Assembly: GCA_902774295.1 (NCBI GenBank)
Contig: CACYHP010000004.1
Coordinates: forward strand, 70,489-134,488
Length of the DNA stretch: 64,000 bases
Origin: an uncultured Bacteroidia bacterium
Lineage (GTDB): Bacteria; Bacteroidota; Bacteroidia; Bacteroidales; F082
Direction: 5' to 3'
A program made the translations under genes and the position numbers. This document shows positions 16,683-25,523 of this stretch, in pieces. The notes below the pieces were generated by a model. The model saw only the letters and a program-made list of their open reading frames with translations, did no database searches and was not told the DNA's origin. The stretch's first letter is position 1. Each line of letters opens with the position of its first letter.

Positions 16683-17471
16683 ATGGCTGATAATCAAGAA
16701 ATTAAACTCAACGAGGAAGAACAGATTGAAGTTACCGTTGAAAGAAAGTTGGTTGCACTTTACACCTTGCAACAGATTGATTCCAAGATAGATAGAATCC
16801 GCATCGTGCGCGGCGAGTTGCCTGAAGCAGTGCAAGACCTTGAAGACGAAGTCGCCGGTCTCGAAACCCGTATTGAGAATTACAACGCCGACCTGAAAAA
16901 ATTCAACACTGACGTCACAAACTACAAAATCAAAATCAAAGAAACTCAAGCTTTGATTAAAAAGTACGAAGAACAACAAAACAACGTCCGTAACAGCCGT
17001 GAATATGATTCTTTGACAAAAGAGACTGAGTATCAATCACTTGAGATTCAGCTTTGCGAAAAGAGAATCAAAGATGCGACTATCAAAATCGAGGATATCA
17101 AGACAAATCTTGAGGCTACAGAAAAGAAACTCGCAGAGCGTAAAAACGACCTCGTGGTGAAACAGTCAGAACTCAACTCAATCGTTGAAGAGACAGAAAA
17201 AGAAGAAGAGGAACTCGTCGAGAAGTCAAAGGAAAGCGAAGCTTTGATCGAAGACCGTCTGCTCGCCGCTTACAAACGCATCAGAAAAGGTGCCCGTAAC
17301 GGTTTGGCAGTCGTGAAAATCGAGCGTGATGCCTGCGGCGGATGCTTCAACAAAATCCCACCACAACACCAGCTCGATATCCGTATCCACAAGAAGATTA
17401 TCGTGTGCGAATATTGCGGCCGTATCTTGGTCGACCAAGATATCATCGACCAATACAACGCAAAGAACTGA
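16683..17471 (+). CDS. Coiled-coil protein with a C4 zinc ribbon (COG1579/DUF164-like)
   Basis: Long heptad-rich region followed by CGGCFNKIP...CEYCGRIL. This gene type is commonly found beside Nif3-like genes. Confidence 0.7.
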   Translation: MADNQEIKLNEEEQIEVTVERKLVALYTLQQIDSKIDRIRIVRGELPEAVQDLEDEVAGLETRIENYNADLKKFNTDVTNYKIKIKETQALIKKYEEQQNNVRNSREYDSLTKETEYQSLEIQLCEKRIKDATIKIEDIKTNLEATEKKLAERKNDLVVKQSELNSIVEETEKEEEELVEKSKESEALIEDRLLAAYKRIRKGARNGLAVVKIERDACGGCFNKIPPQHQLDIRIHKKIIVCEYCGRILVDQDIIDQYNAKN

Positions 17472-17476
17472 TTCTA

Positions 17477-18955
17477 TCAGTCTAATCTGAACTTGAAAGA
17501 GATGACCACCTGATTGATGTTGGTCGTCTCTTTTACTTTTGTGTCGTCAGTAAATTCATTGTTCTGACCGTACAATGCAGGATATTCAGAGTATTGCTCA
17601 TACAGTTGGTATGAGTTGTGACGCTGACTGAACACGTAAGCTAAATCAAGTGTGAAAACATGATATGTGAAGCCAAAACCGCAAGAATATGAATCCGTTC
17701 TGTAGTCTGTCTTATTCATTCCGAAAGGACTTCCGTAAAAGGCGTAACCTGCTCTGAATGCCATGGTCTGCCAACGCCATTCAGTACCCACTCTGATGTT
17801 AGATGTGGTGCTGTATGTCTTGCGGATGTAGTTGTTGAAACCCGAGTAGTTATAATCATAACTTGATGCGCGCATCAAACTGTAGTCCATGAATTCATAA
17901 TCGGCTGTAATCATTCCGAAATTGCCGAAGATGAAGGCCGCACTGGCATTCAGACGATAAGGCGTGGTCACAGTGTAAGTATATACTCCTGTAGGTGAAA
18001 TGTAGTTATAACCTGCATCGTTGAATGATGACCATGTCTCGGTGCCCCAACTTTCTTCCACTTTATATATAGTAGGTGTATGGAAGGCTGCTCCTATACG
18101 TAACCATTGAACAGGGTAGAAGATAGCTCCGATTTTGGCGTTAATACCCGTTCCTGAGTTTTTAACAACTTCTTCCTGGGCCCAGTTTCTGAAATTATCG
18201 CTGGCGTCGAGGTTAACCTCTTTATACTGCTTGGTTACCGTTTTAGTAAAATAAGGTATGTTGATAGATGCACCCAAGAAAACCTTTTCGTTGAAATTGA
18301 ATCCAGCCGCTAAGTTGAATTCACGCGATGAACCGCGCTTGCTTACGCCAAACTGCTGGTTAAGTCCACCTTGTGGAACGTCGCTGTCAATGATATTACC
18401 ATCGTAAAAATCAAGAAGATAGGTCTCCCATAATGGGAATATGCCGTTAGGAGAATAATCTTCCAAAGCATAGTCGTTGTATATGCCGTTTTGGTACAAT
18501 TCATCGATATATGCATCAATTAACGAGGTGTTGGGGTTGTCGCCATTGACGTAAGACTGGAATGTATAGTTGTTCAATTTATTGAGACCAAGAGCAAAAC
18601 TTACTGATTTAAGTGGGCTGTTGTTGTATTCCTGTGTCCATGTGAGACCAATATTGTTCACTGGCACTTTGAAAGCTCTGTCGGAGCCGTAGCTGCCTTT
18701 GTAGTCCGATTCCGTTGAAATGGAGTAGAACTCAGGTGTGAACACGAATGTCGATTTACGGAAAAGTCCTAATCCTGCCGGGTTTATCGCTATTGCTGAG
18801 AAGTCGGAGCCGACGGCGCCCATTGCGTTGCCCATTGCGGCGCTTTTTGCTGTTCCCTGATAATAAATCGAGGAGAAATCAAACATGTCGCTGTCGGTCT
18901 GCGCCATCAAAAACATTGGCGCTAATATCATTATTGTTAAAAATATCTTTTTCAT
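17477..18955 (-). CDS. Outer-membrane beta-barrel protein, FadL/OmpP1-like
   Basis: Signal peptide, N-terminal GTAKSAAMGNAMGAVGSDFSAIAINPAGLG hatch-like motif, C-terminal aromatic residue. Confidence 0.55.
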   Translation of the reverse strand: MKKIFLTIMILAPMFLMAQTDSDMFDFSSIYYQGTAKSAAMGNAMGAVGSDFSAIAINPAGLGLFRKSTFVFTPEFYSISTESDYKGSYGSDRAFKVPVNNIGLTWTQEYNNSPLKSVSFALGLNKLNNYTFQSYVNGDNPNTSLIDAYIDELYQNGIYNDYALEDYSPNGIFPLWETYLLDFYDGNIIDSDVPQGGLNQQFGVSKRGSSREFNLAAGFNFNEKVFLGASINIPYFTKTVTKQYKEVNLDASDNFRNWAQEEVVKNSGTGINAKIGAIFYPVQWLRIGAAFHTPTIYKVEESWGTETWSSFNDAGYNYISPTGVYTYTVTTPYRLNASAAFIFGNFGMITADYEFMDYSLMRASSYDYNYSGFNNYIRKTYSTTSNIRVGTEWRWQTMAFRAGYAFYGSPFGMNKTDYRTDSYSCGFGFTYHVFTLDLAYVFSQRHNSYQLYEQYSEYPALYGQNNEFTDDTKVKETTNINQVVISFKFRLD

Positions 18956-19050
18956 CTCTAATTTCTTTTCATTAATGTTAATTGTTTGTTGTCGTTTTGA
19001 GATTGTCGGGAACTTTTTTTTGTAAACAACTTAATAATTCCGTTAAACAA

Positions 19051-19097
19051 GGATTTCTCCATTTTGCTGCATTGCATTACGCTTCAGTCGAAATGAC
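19051..19097 (-). repeat. Family A element, copy 7 (intergenic, longer variant)
   Basis: GGATTTCTCCATTTTGCTGCATTGCATTACGCTTCAGTCGAAATGAC. Confidence 0.75.
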
Positions 19098-19107
19098 GGA
19101 GAGAATG

Positions 19108-20232
19108 TTATCTTCTGCCTCCACCGACACGACCGCCGCCGCCACCTATACGACCACCGCCGCCTCCAACGCTGCCCCCGCGTGAGCCTGAGTTATAACT
19201 GCCGCTGCTTCTTGGAGCGCTGGTGTTGCTTCTGGTGGTGTTAGTATTAGGTCTTGTCGTCGTGGTGTTGTTTCTCTGCGGTCTGACATATTCCGAACTT
19301 GAACGTGACTGACGGTTGCTGTTAGCCGGAGTATACGTCTTGTTCTGTGAAGACGGTCTCGTCGTCGACTGACTTGGTCTCGTTGTCGATTGACTCGGTC
19401 TGCTTGCTGACTGATTTGGTCTTGTTGTTGATTGACTTGGCCTTGTTGTCGACTGAGTCGGTCTTGTTGTCGTCTGATCCGATCTTCTTGCAGAGCTGTT
19501 CGTTGGACGTGAAATGTTGTCTGAAGAACGTCTTGAGCTCTCGCGGTTGCTTACAGCTGTATTGTTATGATGATCGGCGCTTCTTCTGCTGCTCACAGCG
19601 CTGTTTCCGCCGCCGTTATTATGACCGGATGCTCTGCGACCACTATTATTATTATAGGTGTTTATGCCACCGTGATGTGTTCCATGATGGCTGTGGTTGT
19701 AATAATTGTAATAACCTGGTCCTGGTGGATAGTATGGGTGATAAGGATAGTATGGAGGATAATATGGGTAATAGCCGCCCCATCCCCAGTAAGGATCCCA
19801 TGCATAACCCCAGTAATATGGGCTGTAGCCCCAATAAGGTCTGTATGCCGGATACCAGAACGGATCCCAGAATGGGTCCCAATAGCCGTAACCGACTCCG
19901 AATCCTACTCCAAAACCTACGCCAAAATCAACAGTTACACGGGTCTCAGGAGCCTCGTCAACGATGTAAACGGTGTCTACAACTCTGTCGATGCTATCCG
20001 TAACGGCATAATCTTTATAAATTTTGCTCGTTTTATCCTGGTTGTTGCTCTTTTCCGATTTCACTGAGTTGTTGTCAAAATAGCCGTAATTTGAGGTCAC
20101 GAGGGACTTATCGCTCTGCGAATCACTGTCGTATGGTGAATAATACGCATCGTCGTTGATAACGTTATTGCTTGATGCACAAGCAGTTAACAACACTGTT
20201 GCGGCTGCGATGATGATGAAACTCCTTTTCAT
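19108..20232 (-). CDS. Lipoprotein with extreme low-complexity regions (aromatic/Pro-rich, SQSTTRP repeats, Gly/Arg tail)
   Basis: Lipobox LLTAC|AS after MKRSFIIIAAATV (start set at the ATG at 20230-20232). See the related finding. Confidence 0.6.
   Translation of the reverse strand: MKRSFIIIAAATVLLTACASSNNVINDDAYYSPYDSDSQSDKSLVTSNYGYFDNNSVKSEKSNNQDKTSKIYKDYAVTDSIDRVVDTVYIVDEAPETRVTVDFGVGFGVGFGVGYGYWDPFWDPFWYPAYRPYWGYSPYYWGYAWDPYWGWGGYYPYYPPYYPYHPYYPPGPGYYNYYNHSHHGTHHGGINTYNNNSGRRASGHNNGGGNSAVSSRRSADHHNNTAVSNRESSRRSSDNISRPTNSSARRSDQTTTRPTQSTTRPSQSTTRPNQSASRPSQSTTRPSQSTTRPSSQNKTYTPANSNRQSRSSSEYVRPQRNNTTTTRPNTNTTRSNTSAPRSSGSYNSGSRGGSVGGGGGRIGGGGGRVGGGRR
19355..19480. repeat. Six 21-nt tandem repeats encoding (S/T)QSTTRP heptads
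   Basis: GGTCTCGTCGTCGACTGACTT-type units at 19355, 19376, 19397, 19418, 19439 and 19460. Confidence 0.85.
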
Positions 20233-20272
20233 ATTAAATTCACTTTTTATTATTACTTTGCAAAAATTTTTG

Positions 20273-20280
20273 TAATTTTG
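20273..20280 (+). promoter_or_regulatory. -7 box (TAATTTTG) for proS
   Basis: Matches TAnnTTTG 42 nt upstream of the ATG. Confidence 0.45.
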
Positions 20281-20321
20281 CACACTGAAAAACTAACAAA
20301 AATCGTACCAAACTTTTAAAA

Positions 20322-21794
20322 ATGGCAAAAGAAATTACAACACGTCAAGAAAATTATTCACAATGGTATAATGATATCGTGAATAAAGCCGAGTTGGCGG
20401 AGGGTTCCGCAGTGAGAGGTTGTATGGTGATAAAGCCTTACGGATATGCTATTTGGGAGTTTATGCATGATGCTCTCGACAAGATGTTCAAGGACACTGG
20501 TCACGTCAATGCTTATTTCCCACTTTTCATTCCAAAAAGTTTTTTCAGCAAGGAAGCCAGCCACGTTGAGGGCTTTGCTAAGGAATGCGCCGTCGTTACG
20601 CATTACCGCTTGATGAAAAACCCAGACGGACCGGGCGTTGTCGTCGATCCTGAGGCAAAACTGGAAGAAGAGTTGATAGTGCGTCCTACTTCAGAGACAA
20701 TCATTTGGGACACATATCGTAACTGGATCAAGAGCTATCGCGACCTCCCGATTTTGTGCAACCAGTGGGCTAACGTGGTGCGCTGGGAGATGCGTACACG
20801 TCTGTTCCTCCGCACAGCAGAGTTCCTGTGGCAAGAAGGTCATACCGCTCACGCCACACGTGAAGAAGCTATGGCTGAAGCCGAGAAAATGCTGGGCGTT
20901 TACGCTGATTTTGCCGAGAAATACATGGCCGTTCCGGTCATCCGCGGCATCAAATCAGCTAACGAGCGTTTCGCAGGCGCTGTCGAGACATTCTGCATCG
21001 AGGCTATGATGCAGGATGGCAAGGCATTGCAGGCCGGTACCTCACACTTCCTCGGCCAGAACTTCGCTAAGGCATTCGACGTGAAGTATCTTAATAAAGA
21101 GAATAAACTCGAATACGTATGGGCAACATCATGGGGCGTTTCAACACGTCTGATGGGTGCTTTGATTATGGCTCACTCAGATGATAACGGTCTCGTGCTG
21201 CCTCCAAAGGTCGCTCCAATCGAGGTTGTTATCGTTCCTATCTATAAGACCGACGACCAGCAGCAGGCTGTTCTCGATTACTGCGCCCAGATGAAGCAAC
21301 GTCTTGAGGCTAAAGGACTTAGAGTGAAATTCGACGACCGCGACACCCAGAAACCTGGATTCAAATTCGCTGAATGGGAGATGAAAGGCGTGCCGGTACG
21401 TCTCGCAGCAGGTCCACGCGACGTTGAGAACCAGACAGTGGAGATCGCTCGCCGCGACACCTTGACAAAACAGTCGATTTCAGAGGCTGAGATGGAAGAC
21501 CATATCCTCGGTTTGCTCGATGAGATTCAGGATAGCTTATACAACAGAGCTCTTGAATATCGTAAGGCTAACACACACCGTGTCGACACATGGGACGAGT
21601 TCAAACAAGTTATCGAAAACGGTGGATTCGCTTACGCACACTGGGACGGCACAACCGAAACAGAGCTCGCTATCAAGGAGGAGACAAAGGCTACATTACG
21701 CTGCATCCCGCTTGACGACGACTACGAAGACGGCGTCGACGTATTCTCAGGAAAACCTTCGAAGAGAAGAGTGATATTCGCCAAGGCTTACTAA
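20322..21794 (+). CDS. proS: Proline--tRNA ligase (archaeal/eukaryote-like class II form)
   Basis: 490 aa, YSQWY, class II motifs, C-terminal ProRS-C domain ending in Y. Confidence 0.9.
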   Translation: MAKEITTRQENYSQWYNDIVNKAELAEGSAVRGCMVIKPYGYAIWEFMHDALDKMFKDTGHVNAYFPLFIPKSFFSKEASHVEGFAKECAVVTHYRLMKNPDGPGVVVDPEAKLEEELIVRPTSETIIWDTYRNWIKSYRDLPILCNQWANVVRWEMRTRLFLRTAEFLWQEGHTAHATREEAMAEAEKMLGVYADFAEKYMAVPVIRGIKSANERFAGAVETFCIEAMMQDGKALQAGTSHFLGQNFAKAFDVKYLNKENKLEYVWATSWGVSTRLMGALIMAHSDDNGLVLPPKVAPIEVVIVPIYKTDDQQQAVLDYCAQMKQRLEAKGLRVKFDDRDTQKPGFKFAEWEMKGVPVRLAAGPRDVENQTVEIARRDTLTKQSISEAEMEDHILGLLDEIQDSLYNRALEYRKANTHRVDTWDEFKQVIENGGFAYAHWDGTTETELAIKEETKATLRCIPLDDDYEDGVDVFSGKPSKRRVIFAKAY

Positions 21795-21808
21795 ACCTTG
21801 ATATTTAT

Positions 21809-21885
21809 AAATTTTTAATGCCATTTGCAGAAATGCGACCTACCACAGGGTACTGTGAGCATTTCGAAAATGGCATTAAAAATTT
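21809..21885. terminator. Long nested hairpin between convergent genes
   Basis: 28-nt arms AAATTTTTAATGCCATTTGCAGAAATGC / GCATTTCGAAAATGGCATTAAAAATTT. The loop contains a second hairpin, CACAG-ggta-CTGTG. Confidence 0.6.
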
Positions 21886-22646
21886 TAATATAAAGGTAGG
21901 AGCTTCCCTTTGGCAAATTCCCCATAGGTGACCTGGATGTTTTCTGGGTCACCTTTATAATATACATTTCCGAGGTCGTTTATTGTAGCTTCAATGCCTT
22001 TGCTGGCGCTTATGAAACAGTCGCTTGCCGAATCAGTTGTCACGTTTACTGTCTCAGCATTATAGTTTCGAGCATCAATGATGCCATAACTTCTTTTATA
22101 AATTACAAAGTTTTTGTTGTTTTCCCCATGTAGGTTGACGCGACTTGTACCTTGGTGGTAAACAACACGAAAGTCATCGCAATTATTGATGTTAAGGTCG
22201 ACGTCGCCAGAGCCGCCATGTATTTCAAAACGATAAAAATCCGGTAAAACCTGCGGTCCGGTGTAGTTGTTTTTCGTTACCAAAGTACCACACGAGGCAA
22301 AGATGAAATTGGCTATATCTTTGAAATACAAGGTAACTTCAAGTTTGTAATCGTATGGTCTTAACCAGTTTAAAGTTGTTGTATTACAGATATTTAGCAC
22401 TCCGTTATTGACGTCACATGTGATATTGTCGATGATGTTTTTGCCTGTCGTGATCTCGATATAGCAAGTGTCGGAGCGTACGAGTGAGATGTTGATATTA
22501 TCATTAACATGCACTTCGCGGAAGTCGGGAAGTTCGCGGACCTCTGTCACGATTGAACCGACAGTAAGTGGTGCCTTTTTGCATGAAGAGAACGATGCAA
22601 AAGTACATAATATCAATATAATCAATAATTTACGTGTCATTTTCAA
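21885..22646 (-). CDS. Lipoprotein, DUF2807/head-GIN-domain-like
   Basis: Lipobox FSSC, repetitive beta-helix-like pattern, GSGD...Y.G.P near the C-terminus. Confidence 0.5.
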   Translation of the reverse strand: MKMTRKLLIILILCTFASFSSCKKAPLTVGSIVTEVRELPDFREVHVNDNINISLVRSDTCYIEITTGKNIIDNITCDVNNGVLNICNTTTLNWLRPYDYKLEVTLYFKDIANFIFASCGTLVTKNNYTGPQVLPDFYRFEIHGGSGDVDLNINNCDDFRVVYHQGTSRVNLHGENNKNFVIYKRSYGIIDARNYNAETVNVTTDSASDCFISASKGIEATINDLGNVYYKGDPENIQVTYGEFAKGKLLPLY

Positions 22647-23773
22647 TTAATTCTATAACCAATACCAAAACCTATATAATCTGCCCAACCATAATGGGTG
22701 GTGAGCGAAATGGTGGCGAACATGCCTTTCCAGATGCTCTGTGTCATTGCTAATTTCTGATAAACACGACCTTCGCATAAGTCTTTACCTGCGATATGGC
22801 ATCCGAAGTTGATGATGAACGAGGTGTGACCGAAAGCCAACTCGTAAGCGGCGCTGATACCTGGTTTCAATATCTCAACATCAGTAAAACCAATGCCTTT
22901 CTTACGTAGTATTTCTTTATCAGTGTAGTCGTAAACGAGGTCAAAGCCGATACCGACCTTACTCATCTCAGTGAGGCGTTTCAAAGCATTGACGTGGAAA
23001 TTGAGAACTGACCATGACCTGCCGTAGCCCAAATAATCGTCAATGTCTTTCAGTGAATAAGAAAAAGCGAATGTAAACGATAGATTTTTCTTTTCCCAGC
23101 TCTTATATTGTTGATTATCAGTTGGTTCTTTAGGGAGGCGTTGTTTTGGCTCGCAGAGGAAATATTTCACGCCGACACCAGCATGAGCAAGGTTAATACC
23201 GTTGTTTGGCGTGCGACTCGAACCATTGGAAAAATGTGTGAATCCAATAAAAGCAGACGCGCCTAAACGATTGGTAATCATATAGCTATAATCAGCGGCG
23301 ATGTTGATTGCAGCGTTAAAATGCGAGCCTATGAATGTGTTTTTGGGGTTGTCGACGACGTCGTATTTCTGTGTGAGGTAGCCTAAACCTATACCAAGTT
23401 TAAAATTGATCTGGTGTCTAGCGCTTTTCAAACAGTTGAAAGTCATGTGCGGTATGATGGCGAAAGCCCTGCCGAGCTCAGGTTGTTCGCCGAATCCGGT
23501 GTAAAGCAAACTGACACCGACAGCAGGATAATTTGACCTCGACTGCCATGATTTTCTTCCAAATGTGACTTGTTGCAGATTCAACTCGAAAAGCGGTAGA
23601 TGAGAGCTGAATATCTTCATCTCAGGGTGATGGCAAATGATGAATCCATGACTTGCACGAAACTCTATCTGAAGGTTTGGTTTGATGATAGTATCATTGG
23701 TTTTTGCTGATAAATTATTGATAATCAACAAAAAAGACAAGGATAATATAGCGTATTTAAAAAAGTTTTTCAT
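22643..23773 (-). CDS. Acyloxyacyl hydrolase / lipid A deacylase (PagL-like) outer-membrane protein
   Basis: Signal peptide, HFSNGSSRTPNNGINL motif, terminal beta-barrel signature. Start set at MKNFFKY. Confidence 0.6.
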   Translation of the reverse strand: MKNFFKYAILSLSFLLIINNLSAKTNDTIIKPNLQIEFRASHGFIICHHPEMKIFSSHLPLFELNLQQVTFGRKSWQSRSNYPAVGVSLLYTGFGEQPELGRAFAIIPHMTFNCLKSARHQINFKLGIGLGYLTQKYDVVDNPKNTFIGSHFNAAINIAADYSYMITNRLGASAFIGFTHFSNGSSRTPNNGINLAHAGVGVKYFLCEPKQRLPKEPTDNQQYKSWEKKNLSFTFAFSYSLKDIDDYLGYGRSWSVLNFHVNALKRLTEMSKVGIGFDLVYDYTDKEILRKKGIGFTDVEILKPGISAAYELAFGHTSFIINFGCHIAGKDLCEGRVYQKLAMTQSIWKGMFATISLTTHYGWADYIGFGIGYRIN

Positions 23774-23810
23774 GGCGCAAAAATAATAAAAAACAAGACG
23801 AAAATAATTG

Positions 23811-23818
23811 TAAATTTG
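23811..23818 (+). promoter_or_regulatory. -7 box (TAAATTTG) for mazG
   Basis: Matches TAnnTTTG 15 nt upstream of the ATG. Confidence 0.4.
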
Positions 23819-23832
23819 CAAAAATTTTAATC

Positions 23833-24609
23833 ATGGACAAACGCTTAGAGGCTTTTAAGAGACTTTTGGATATCATGGACGACTTGCGTAAAGGCTGCCC
23901 ATGGGACAAAAAACAGACTATTGAGAGTTTGCGTCATCTTACGATTGAAGAGACGTATGAGTTGAGTGAGGCGATTTTAGCTTCTGATTATCAAGATGTT
24001 AAAAAAGAACTCGGTGATTTGATTATGCACATTGTTTTTTATGCAAGAATTGCCGACGAACGTGGACTGTTTGACATTTCAGACGTGATAAACAGCATCT
24101 GCGACAAGCTTATCATCCGCCATCCGCATATTTACGGTGACGTGAAGGTGGAATCGGCTGAGGAAGTGCTTGAAAACTGGGAGAAGATAAAGATAAAAAA
24201 AGAGGGAAACAAGAGCGTTTTGGGTGGTGTCCCCGCTGGTTTGCCGCCACTTTTGAAGGCTTACCGCATGACCGACAAGGCTTCGGGCGTTGGTTTCGAC
24301 TGGCCGAACAAAGAGGAGTGTTGGGAGAAGGTTCTCGAAGAGATGAACGAGCTGCAGGAAGAGGTGAAAAACGACGGACCAATAGAACGGAAAGACGAGG
24401 AATTTGGCGACCTTCTGTTCGCTCTCGTGAACTATTCAAGATTCATCAAAGTGAATGCCGACACAGCGCTGGAACATGCCAATGCCAAGTTTAAAAAGCG
24501 GTTTACGTATATTGAGGAGAAGGCGAGAGAACTTGGTAAAAGTGTAGCTGATATGACACTTGATGAAATGGAGGCACTGTGGCAGGAGGCGAAGAGAGTT
24601 AAGAGTTAA
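23833..24609 (+). CDS. mazG: Nucleoside triphosphate pyrophosphohydrolase
   Basis: Tandem MazG domains (CPWDKKQT..SL...IEETYEL; ELGDLL). Confidence 0.85.
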   Translation: MDKRLEAFKRLLDIMDDLRKGCPWDKKQTIESLRHLTIEETYELSEAILASDYQDVKKELGDLIMHIVFYARIADERGLFDISDVINSICDKLIIRHPHIYGDVKVESAEEVLENWEKIKIKKEGNKSVLGGVPAGLPPLLKAYRMTDKASGVGFDWPNKEECWEKVLEEMNELQEEVKNDGPIERKDEEFGDLLFALVNYSRFIKVNADTALEHANAKFKKRFTYIEEKARELGKSVADMTLDEMEALWQEAKRVKS

Positions 24610-24651
24610 GAGTGTAGAGTTAAGAGTGTAGTTAGAAGTAGAAAAGTGTAT
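24596..24651 (+). repeat. Degenerate heptanucleotide array, (GAGTTAA/GAGTGTA) x about 8
   Basis: Units start at 24596, 24603, 24610, 24617, 24624, 24631, 24638 and 24645. The array contains the mazG stop codon. Confidence 0.75.
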
Positions 24652-24678
24652 ATTTTTTGTTGATAGAATAAAAATTTG

Positions 24679-24686
24679 TATATTTG
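24679..24686 (+). promoter_or_regulatory. -7 box (TATATTTG) for cdsA-psd
   Basis: Matches TAnnTTTG 21 nt upstream of the ATG at 24707. Confidence 0.45.
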
Positions 24687-24706
24687 CAGGTTAAAATGAT
24701 GTAAAA

Positions 24707-25510
24707 ATGAGTAACTTGGCGAAAAGAACGGTGTTTGGAAGTTTGTTTGTGATCGTGGTGATCGGAAGCATACTTTTGAATTATTGGGCTTTTTTCGCAG
24801 TGATGTTTGTGACGGTATCCATTGGTTCTCAAGAAGTTAGCAAGCTGATGCTAAAAGAAGAAAAAAACACTTTGACACCATGGGTTATCATTCTTCCAAC
24901 GCTGTTTTTCGCGTTGAGCGTCATTTTCCCGTCGATTGCACACGTCTTGCAAGTGATTCTGCTATTGGTACCTGTTTTAATAGCATTATTCTCGACAAAA
25001 TATTCGTTTGAAAAAGTTGTCGTAAGTTGTTGGACTGCAATGTTTTTCGTTGCATTGCCCTGCATCTTGATGATGAAACTGTATAGAAATGCGCCAGTCG
25101 ACACAATCGCTGGTAAGTATTTGATAATCATGCTATTCTGCTTGATATGGATAAACGATATTTTTGCATATTTAACAGGAATGGCTATTGGAAAGCATAA
25201 GCTTTTTGAGCGTATATCTCCGAAAAAAACCATTGAAGGCAGCATGGGAGGTTTGATAATGACGATTTTAACTGCGTTTTTTGTCAACCATTATTGGTTA
25301 AAGATGATGGATGACTGGAAAATGATGGGAATGGCAATGGTTGTTGTTGTTTTCGGCAGTTTGGGTGATTTGTGCGAGTCGATGATGAAGCGTCAGGCCG
25401 GGGTGAAGGATTCCGGCAATGTGATTCCTGGGCATGGCGGCATACTCGACAGATTCGATGCCACGTTTTTGGCGGTTCCGTTTGTTTATTGTTATTTGAT
25501 ATTATTGTAA
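24707..25510 (+). CDS. cdsA: Phosphatidate cytidylyltransferase
   Basis: Multi-TM protein with the CDS signature SMMKRQAGVKDSGNVIPGHGGILDRFD. Confidence 0.85.
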   Translation: MSNLAKRTVFGSLFVIVVIGSILLNYWAFFAVMFVTVSIGSQEVSKLMLKEEKNTLTPWVIILPTLFFALSVIFPSIAHVLQVILLLVPVLIALFSTKYSFEKVVVSCWTAMFFVALPCILMMKLYRNAPVDTIAGKYLIIMLFCLIWINDIFAYLTGMAIGKHKLFERISPKKTIEGSMGGLIMTILTAFFVNHYWLKMMDDWKMMGMAMVVVVFGSLGDLCESMMKRQAGVKDSGNVIPGHGGILDRFDATFLAVPFVYCYLILL

Positions 25511-25523
25511 ATCAATATATTAT

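Noticed and set aside
19347-20067. 218-aa and 166-aa plus-strand ORFs across the low-complexity lipoprotein gene.
   Set aside because: They are antisense or alternate-frame readings of tandem repeats. The minus-strand ORF has a lipobox signal peptide.
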